NCBI GenBank assembly: GCA_044869275.1
Contig: JBIOXB010000034.1
Location: forward strand, 32,001 to 96,000
Length of the DNA: 64,000 nucleotides
Reading direction: 5' to 3'
Origin: a bacterium
GTDB lineage: Bacteria; Zhuqueibacterota; Zhuqueibacteria; Zhuqueibacterales; Zhuqueibacteraceae
The translations under genes and the position numbers were made by a program. Shown here piece after piece: positions 57,581 through 64,000 of this stretch. Each line of letters begins with the position of its first letter. The first letter of the stretch is position 1. Below the pieces are notes generated by a model, which made no database searches, was not told the DNA's origin, and saw only the letters and a program-made list of their open reading frames with translations.

Positions 57581-58468
57581 TCAAAAATACAACACCATGC
57601 CCGCGCGGCTCGGCAGTGCGCGGTAGATGGCCTTGGCGTCCTCCTGCGCCAATTCCAGTTCGATCAGCACACGGTGCTGGGGCAGCTCACCATGGGCCAT
57701 GCTTTCGACGGCTTCGCGCGCGGCAGCCAGCAGGCGGCGCGACTGGTACCATACTTTTTCCCACCAGCCTGTGAAAGAAGATGCTTGCGTTTGTTCGATG
57801 GCGAGCACTAAATCGCGATCGAAGGCGAGCATGTAATGCACGTCGCGTTTTTCGAGAGCAACCTCGGAGGCGGGGCGCTTTTGCGCTTCGATCGTATCTG
57901 CCGGCGCTTCGATCACGCGGACTGGTGCTCTGGGCAAAGTCGCCAGGTGTCCCTGCAAGGTGAACGGTGTTGCCAGCCAGCTCTGCAAACGCCCTTGTGC
58001 GCGCAAGCGTCGAAATGCGCTGCCGATATGAAAGCGTTGAATGCGGCATACACGCAGCGGCACGCCTTTCACTTCGAGGCTGGCCAGGCTATCTTTCAAA
58101 TTCACCACCAGGCCAATGGAATCACCTTGGGCGAGCTGCAGGCGTGCTTGCCAAAATGCCGCGGTGGTTTCCAGATGAATGAGTGCTTGGCGCAAATCCG
58201 CATGCTTCGCGCTATCTGCGGGCGCCACGAATTCAGCCGGCGCTTTGGGTTCCTCCTCCGCGTCCACCGTGGTAATTTCGTCGTAGGGATTTTTGACGAC
58301 CGGCAAGATAACCGCAACCGCCAGCAAGATCAGGGAGGGCAACAAAATAAAAAGGAGAAGAAAAGTGCCGGCAACGGGATGCCGGCGAAGTTTGGCAAAA
58401 TAGCGCACGAATGGCTGCGCGAGCTTGTTCCCGAGGTGCTTGAGAAAAGTGGCAGGTGAGCAGGGCAT
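57581..58468 (-). CDS. Membrane-anchored hypothetical protein, possible inactive L,D-transpeptidase homologue
   Basis: N-terminal TM; last gene of the LDT cluster; C-terminus 'IELELAQEDAKAIYRALP..AGMVL' echoes the YkuD tail without the His/Cys motif. Confidence 0.6.
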   Translation of the reverse strand: MPCSPATFLKHLGNKLAQPFVRYFAKLRRHPVAGTFLLLFILLPSLILLAVAVILPVVKNPYDEITTVDAEEEPKAPAEFVAPADSAKHADLRQALIHLETTAAFWQARLQLAQGDSIGLVVNLKDSLASLEVKGVPLRVCRIQRFHIGSAFRRLRAQGRLQSWLATPFTLQGHLATLPRAPVRVIEAPADTIEAQKRPASEVALEKRDVHYMLAFDRDLVLAIEQTQASSFTGWWEKVWYQSRRLLAAAREAVESMAHGELPQHRVLIELELAQEDAKAIYRALPSRAGMVLYF

Positions 58469-58576
58469 CAGTTGAGATTAGAATACGTTGTGGCGTACGG
58501 CCCCCGTTTAAGCCAGTCGGGGGGGAATCCGCAAGCCGCCAAAAGAATATGGTTGGTTGCGCCTTGATCGTGTGGG

Positions 58577-59389
58577 TCAATAGATGAAAATACGCGAGCC
58601 CAGCTGCAGGTTTTTGTACACGACTTCGAGCTCTGGGTCGTCCAGCCGCACGCACCCATGCGTGACCGGCATGCCAAGCATGCGTTTGTAGAGTGTGCCG
58701 TGAATGAGATAGCCGTTGCCGAAAGCGAGGGCGTAGTCGCCCAGCACGCCGGTTTCGTAGCGTTCCGGCGATTCGGGCGGCGGCACCGGCCGGCCCTCTT
58801 CGATGAAGGCCCAATCCGGCATGCGCCACACTGGCGATTTGACTTTGCCGATGACGCGAAACATGCCGCGCGGCGTGGCGAACATCCATTCGCGATTGTC
58901 GGAAGCCTTGAGCAATACATTGCTGCCGGTCGAGCACAGGCCTTCGTGAATCAGTTTGTTCCCGGCCTTTACGTAAATTTTGTTTTCGGAGGAATTGACG
59001 ATCAAGTAGGATTCGCGCGGCATCAGCCGTTCGAATTTGGCGCGCCGGGCGGCCAGATTTTTTTCCATCTGGCGCACGGTTTTGCGCAGATTTTCCGTAC
59101 TGGCCAAATGAATCGCCTGCAAATGCTCGGAGGCCGGCAGCAAGGCGAAAGCCCATTCGCGCAATTTCGGCGCCGCAAACAGCGTCGCCAGCGCCAGGGA
59201 AATGCCGAACAACAAACCCCACCAAACAGATTTATAAGTAAACCGGTCTTGGCGCAGACCTGCTTTTGCCTTTGCACCAGCAGCGGGCGGGGTTTTTTGC
59301 ACTTTGCCGTTTTCGGCAATTTCCGGCGGCGGGAGCGCTTGCGCCGTTTTTTCATCCGGCGGAAAAGTGCCTCTGCGCGGCAGTTCCAT
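58577..59389 (-). CDS. L,D-transpeptidase (YkuD family)
   Basis: 'FATPRGMF', 'YLIHGT..LGMPVTHGCVRL'; N-terminal TM and coiled coil. Confidence 0.9.
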   Translation of the reverse strand: MELPRRGTFPPDEKTAQALPPPEIAENGKVQKTPPAAGAKAKAGLRQDRFTYKSVWWGLLFGISLALATLFAAPKLREWAFALLPASEHLQAIHLASTENLRKTVRQMEKNLAARRAKFERLMPRESYLIVNSSENKIYVKAGNKLIHEGLCSTGSNVLLKASDNREWMFATPRGMFRVIGKVKSPVWRMPDWAFIEEGRPVPPPESPERYETGVLGDYALAFGNGYLIHGTLYKRMLGMPVTHGCVRLDDPELEVVYKNLQLGSRIFIY

Positions 59390-59509
59390 TGCTGCACCCT
59401 ATTGTTTCACAGTCCAACTACATTGCCAAAAGTAAATTTCCTTTTGGCGAGAAATACTTGCCAGACCAGTCGCGCCATCAGTTTATTTGCAGTCCTTATG
59501 CGCTTGCTT

Positions 59510-61030
59510 TCAGCTCTTTTTGCGATTTACCGCGCCATTGGTGGCGGTTCGGGCCACACCGTTCGTTTTCAATTCCTGTACCAGCAATCCGTTCAAGGAG
59601 CCGACGATGGTAACGGGAGTCCCAACTTTGGCGAACTCGAAAACCTCGTCCATATCGTGATTGCGCAAGGCCACGCAACCGGCAGTCCAGTTCGCGCCCT
59701 TGCCGCCTTCGCCATGAATTTCGATCAACCCGCCGATGTGTGCTCCGCGTGGGAGCTCGCCGCGCGCGATCGCCTGGCGAAAAGCCTCTTGATCGTTTTC
59801 ATTGGGATAGTTGATTTCGAGCGCTTTATGATAAATCGTGCGAGAGGGGTCTTTTTTTCGAATGACGCGATACTGCCCCTCGGGCGTCGCGCCGTCGCCA
59901 CGGCGCCGTTTATGGCCGACCCAACGCGGGCCCAGCTCCGCGGTATATTCCACTTGCAGAACGCCGGCTTTGTAAATTCGAACATTGGCTGCCATTTTGT
60001 CGACAACAATGGCGATATCCTGTTGCTGCTTGGACCATTCTATTGTTTCGGCCACCCAACTGCGCCATTTGGGAAGATTGGCAAGATAGGCCTGCATGGT
60101 TTTGCTGGCTTGCTCGCCGGCGCTGCCGATATCTGTTGCGGCTTGTTGATACTTCGCCAAGGCGCGGAAGTAGTCCCTGCGATTGAAGGCGAATTCGCTT
60201 TCGAGAATTGCCAATTCGCCGGCCAGAAACTTCTGGCGCAGTGCGGCTTGCACCGGCAAATGATCGAACTGCGCCTTGAAGGAGTCGATCTTGTCTTTTA
60301 CCAAGGTGATTCCGGTGGCGGACAGCCAGTGCAAAGAATCGCGAATCGCCCGGGCGCGCGTCGAGGCTTGCTGCGCCGTGGCGGTCGCGATTTTTATGGA
60401 ATCAATCACACCCTGATAATCGCGGCGAAAACGCCAGCGTTGATTCTCGTAGTGCCAGCTGATCCGCGCTCTTTCCCAGCGGGATTCCGCCGTTTGCAGC
60501 AGCTTGGGCGTGTAGATTTTGGCTCCGGCCTGGCGCGCTTCGCCCAAAGCCAGGTTTGCTTCTGCAAAGGCTGAATAAGGATGGGTTGGGTTTGGCCACA
60601 TCGCCCACAGCGATAAACTCGACGCCAACACTCCACCACCGGCAACGGCCAATATCCTTTTCTGCTGTTGCGCGAGCTGCCACATCTGCGCCCATGGGAT
60701 GCTCGCCAAGCGCGTCCGGGTTGTGGCCGAAATAGTCCGGAGCTGCTGCGCGAGCTTCGCGCCTTTCGCCAGTCTGATCTGGGCGAGGTGTCCGGCTATG
60801 CTGGCAAAGAATCGTCTGAGTTTCTGAGCTCGGCGCGCCAGCTCGAGGCGCGCGAAGGTCTCCCGTGCCTGCGCCGAGATCCTCTGGCGCTCCTGCACGA
60901 ACTTCGGCCCGAGCGTCCGCCGGATTTTTGTCCAGAAATCTTGCATGTTGACCAAAGTCCTTTTGAGCTCCTGCGCGAGCTTCCGTTCCTGCACCCGCTT
61001 GATTTGCGCCAAGAATTCCTGAGTTTTCAT
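59510..61030 (-). CDS. L,D-transpeptidase family protein with DUF4398-like helical region
   Basis: 'IVVDK', 'GDGATPEGQY', 'INYPN', 'IEIHGEG....WTAGCVAL'; TM near residue 130. Confidence 0.88.
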   Translation of the reverse strand: MKTQEFLAQIKRVQERKLAQELKRTLVNMQDFWTKIRRTLGPKFVQERQRISAQARETFARLELARRAQKLRRFFASIAGHLAQIRLAKGAKLAQQLRTISATTRTRLASIPWAQMWQLAQQQKRILAVAGGGVLASSLSLWAMWPNPTHPYSAFAEANLALGEARQAGAKIYTPKLLQTAESRWERARISWHYENQRWRFRRDYQGVIDSIKIATATAQQASTRARAIRDSLHWLSATGITLVKDKIDSFKAQFDHLPVQAALRQKFLAGELAILESEFAFNRRDYFRALAKYQQAATDIGSAGEQASKTMQAYLANLPKWRSWVAETIEWSKQQQDIAIVVDKMAANVRIYKAGVLQVEYTAELGPRWVGHKRRRGDGATPEGQYRVIRKKDPSRTIYHKALEINYPNENDQEAFRQAIARGELPRGAHIGGLIEIHGEGGKGANWTAGCVALRNHDMDEVFEFAKVGTPVTIVGSLNGLLVQELKTNGVARTATNGAVNRKKS

Positions 61031-61153
61031 AGGCGGTAAAACCGTTCGTCTTCAAACAGAAAACCTCGGCGCACGCCTGCGCCTCTCTACAGCGTAGCAT
61101 GTGCCGAGGTTTTATTTAAGAGCAAAATGCCTCGTTTGCGGATAGCCGGGTGG

Positions 61154-61753
61154 CTATCTCGACTTTTTGGCGATGGCCTGATTGAGCTCTTCGACGATGG
61201 AATTGATCTTGGCCAGGCTGGCTTTCGCCTTGTCGCGTGCAGCGATGAAATCGCCACTGGCCATGGTCGTGTTGATTTCGGCGACCGAAGCTTCGACCGC
61301 ATTGATGTCGTTTTGAATCATTTCCAGCGCTGCTTTGCCTTCTTTGCCGCGCGGCGCTTTGGTCATCAGCTTCTTTGCGGTTTCAATGCCAGCCACCAAT
61401 GCCTTTGCCAGGGTATCGGCTTCCACGCGAACCGCTTCCTTGTTGGCAGCAGCCGCGTCTTTTGCGCTGTTGAAAGAGCCCACGGCGCTGTCCAACAATT
61501 GCTGCGCGTGGCCGTAATTGCGCATCAGTGCGAACTTGGCGTTTTGATTCTCCACTTCGGCCATCGCCGAATTCAATGAATCTTTCGCCGCGTTGAACAA
61601 GTCCGGCGAATAGCGGTCGGCTTCCGCGGCCTTGGCCGCTTCCATCGCGGCGTTTGCCGCATCAATCGCCTGCTTGGGCGCTTCAGCGCAGCCAGCCAAG
61701 AATGCCAACAGCAACATCGCGCACATCGTTTTCACTAAACCTCTGGCGTTCAT
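61154..61753 (-). CDS. DUF4398-like alanine-rich lipoprotein
   Basis: Lipobox 'LAGC'; 'AIDAANAAMEAAKAAEADRYSP'; GGAGG RBS. Confidence 0.8.
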   Translation of the reverse strand: MNARGLVKTMCAMLLLAFLAGCAEAPKQAIDAANAAMEAAKAAEADRYSPDLFNAAKDSLNSAMAEVENQNAKFALMRNYGHAQQLLDSAVGSFNSAKDAAAANKEAVRVEADTLAKALVAGIETAKKLMTKAPRGKEGKAALEMIQNDINAVEASVAEINTTMASGDFIAARDKAKASLAKINSIVEELNQAIAKKSR

Positions 61754-62260
61754 AAAAACTTGCCTCCTTCAGAATTTTGGATTTGAAATGTGATAAAGAA
61801 ATCCGGCGTCACGCGCGCATGATCATGCGTAAGAGAAAGTTGCAATGCGCATGGCGTGACTTATGCATCGCACATGTTTTCCGATATTCAGTCCAAAAAA
61901 AAAGCACAACCGAATTGCGGGCCATGCTTCCTTTGCCGTCAAGATTTTTCTGCGTCAATCCGTCCGCGGCTCTGGCTCTGATTATTCAGCAAAAGTGCAA
62001 CAAATATAACGATGCGCCTCCCCCCAGTCAAGTAAAATCTTTAGCACTTTTGGACACTCCTCCACCCCTTGTCTGCCAGCGAGTGCCCCACGCAGATTGA
62101 CCCACAGTACATTGTTTCCAAGTTTTGGCTTAAAACTGCAAGCGCCTCGTGCTTGCATATCGCCAAGATTTTGCTATTTTGTTCACGCATTATTGTGCAA
62201 GCTGCAGCAACACTCCGATTTGCCCCAACACTTCTCGTAACCGACGCCGCAGGAAGGAAA

Positions 62261-63811
62261 ATGATGAAGCGACGCTGGCTGCAAGGCACCCCTGGGTTTA
62301 TTACTGTTCTGCTCTGGTCTTCCCTATCTACAATTGATGCGCGTGCAGAAGTCCCGCAACGCTTGTCAGGTTTTTCGTCTCCCGTGGCGGCAACGTTAGC
62401 CGCGCCCGATACCGTGGCACAGGAACACTCGGCAGGGACCGGGCACGGCGGCGATCTTGGCCGTATGCTGCCGTTGTGGAGCGGTTTTCCATTTGCCGGC
62501 ATTTTACTGTCGATTGCGCTGTTTCCCTTGTTGGCGCCGCAGTTTTGGCACCATCACTTCGGCAAGGTGAGCGCGGCGTGGGCCCTGGTTTTCGCAGTGC
62601 CGTTCTTGTGGGCATTCAAAGACGAAGCCTGGCATGAGATCTTGCACATCTTTTTGAAGGATTATATTCCTTTCATTGTGCTTTTGTGGGCGCTTTATAC
62701 GGTGGCCGGCGGCATTTTGATCGAAGGCGCATGGGCCGGCACGCCGCGCGCCAATATGCTCATGCTTGCCATCGGCACCCTGATCGCCTCGTGGGTGGGC
62801 ACCACCGGGGCCTCGATGCTGTTGATCCGGCCAGTGCTGCGCATGAACAAAGCGCGCAAGCACAAAGTGCACGTGGTCATCTTTTTCATCTTTTTGGTCA
62901 GCAATCTGGGCGGCTCGCTCACGCCGCTCGGCGATCCACCGCTGTTCCTCGGTTTTCTGCACGGCGTGCCGTTTTTTTGGACTTTCAATCTGCTGCCGGA
63001 AATGCTGCTCGTTTCCATCGTGGTGCTGGCTTGCTTTTTTGTTTTTGACACGATCATGTTTCGCCGCGAATCGTCCGGCGCCGCCACCGCGCACCAAGCA
63101 CCTGGGCCGCACACTGCTGCGGGCAGCACCTTTCGCCTGCGCGGCCTGCACAATTTGTTCTTCCTGGCCGGCATTGTCGGCGGCGTGCTCATGAGCGGAT
63201 TTGTCAAACTGGGTGAGTTCGATTTTCTCGGCATTCATCTTGCCGTGCAGGATGAAATCCGCGACTTCATTTTGATTGCGATGGGTTTGCTCAGCTTGAA
63301 ATCCACGGATGAAAGCATTCGCCAGGGCAACGGCTTCACTTGGGGACCAATTCAAGAAGTGGCGATTTTATTTGCCGGTATTTTCATGACCATCATTCCC
63401 ATGCTCGCCATGTTGCGCGCGGGCACACAGGGGGCCCTGGCCTTCATCATCATTCTGCAGCGCGAGCCGGTGCATTATTTCTGGGCCACGGGCGGACTCT
63501 CCAGTTTTTTGGACAACGCGCCGACTTATCTCACTTTTTTGAGTACCGTGCTCGGCAGGCTGTATCCCGGCATGCCGGAATTGGAAGCCATACACAGATT
63601 GATCGCTGAAAACCCGATATATTTGAAAGCGATTTCCTGTGGCGCGGTGTTCATGGGCGCCAACACCTACATCGGCAACGCGCCGAATTTCATGGTCAAA
63701 TCCATTGCCGAAGAAAACGGCGTCAATATGCCGAGCTTTTTCGGGTACATGGTTTACGCCCTGCTGATTTTAGTTCCGAGTTTTGTGTTGGTGACGTTCA
63801 TCTTTTTCTGA
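62261..63811 (+). CDS. Putative sodium:proton antiporter (ion-transporter superfamily)
   Basis: 'GTTGASMLLIRP', 'SNLGGSLTPLGDPPLFLGFL', 'SSFLDNAPTY', 'GANTYIGNAPNFMVK'. Confidence 0.88.
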   Translation: MMKRRWLQGTPGFITVLLWSSLSTIDARAEVPQRLSGFSSPVAATLAAPDTVAQEHSAGTGHGGDLGRMLPLWSGFPFAGILLSIALFPLLAPQFWHHHFGKVSAAWALVFAVPFLWAFKDEAWHEILHIFLKDYIPFIVLLWALYTVAGGILIEGAWAGTPRANMLMLAIGTLIASWVGTTGASMLLIRPVLRMNKARKHKVHVVIFFIFLVSNLGGSLTPLGDPPLFLGFLHGVPFFWTFNLLPEMLLVSIVVLACFFVFDTIMFRRESSGAATAHQAPGPHTAAGSTFRLRGLHNLFFLAGIVGGVLMSGFVKLGEFDFLGIHLAVQDEIRDFILIAMGLLSLKSTDESIRQGNGFTWGPIQEVAILFAGIFMTIIPMLAMLRAGTQGALAFIIILQREPVHYFWATGGLSSFLDNAPTYLTFLSTVLGRLYPGMPELEAIHRLIAENPIYLKAISCGAVFMGANTYIGNAPNFMVKSIAEENGVNMPSFFGYMVYALLILVPSFVLVTFIFF

Positions 63812-63838
63812 GCCTTTTCATGCTTTACAAATTACACA

Positions 63839-63878
63839 TTACACGTTACACTTTACACGTGTAAAGTGTAACGTGTAA
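63839..63878. repeat. Perfect 40-bp palindrome made of TTACAC[GT] heptamers
   Basis: ttacacgttacactttacacgtgtaaagtgtaacgtgtaa equals its own reverse complement. Confidence 0.85.
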
Positions 63879-64000
63879 CGTGTTTCCAAACCCCATATTA
63901 AAGCGGAAATACAGAGTAAAAACTCTTTGTGAAACTCTGTGAAGCTTCGTACCTTTCCCTCTGAATGAATGCTACACTGGTTCCGGTCATTTCGCAATCA

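Noticed and set aside
58658..60574. 638-aa plus-strand ORF
   Set aside because: Antisense to two L,D-transpeptidases; typical high-GC shadow ORF.
61852..61867. TGGCGT-N5-ATGCA sigma-54-like motif on the plus strand
   Set aside because: Weak match and about 400 nt from the next plus-strand start.
1..64000. tRNA, rRNA, CRISPR arrays, intact IS or integrase genes
   Set aside because: None recognised by eye; tRNAscan, Infernal and CRISPR finders would be needed to exclude them formally.

Overview
Chromosomal window from a GC-rich Gram-negative bacterium. Three secreted proteins end in a 'YPNPF...KK[ML]' C-terminal sorting-type domain, which suggests an FCB-superphylum lineage such as KSB1 or Calditrichaeota (inference). 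No rRNA, tRNA, CRISPR array or intact transposase was seen. Housekeeping genes include pgk, a glutamate dehydrogenase, a 2-oxoacid:ferredoxin oxidoreductase alpha/beta pair and a threonine synthase. The window also holds a 2828-aa SGNH/FN3/Ig-repeat surface protein behind a sigma-54-like promoter, an Arn-like glycosylation cluster interrupted by an R-M remnant and a Uma2 gene, an L,D-transpeptidase cluster, about eight gene remnants and several small palindromic intergenic elements. The best candidate for an undescribed system is 17.6-26.6 kb. It contains an ECF sigma factor, a zinc-finger/TM/TPR anti-sigma, and two tandem TPR-CHAT (caspase-like) proteases with signal peptides and C-terminal membrane anchors. 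Divergent from the sigma gene is a 61-aa lipopeptide gene ending CGTCGNPPPPGSGGGGGG, with a structured leader, its own terminator and a hidden degenerate second copy ending PPGGGG. The layout suggests an extracytoplasmic peptide / caspase-like protease / anti-sigma signalling circuit, which is inference and untested.
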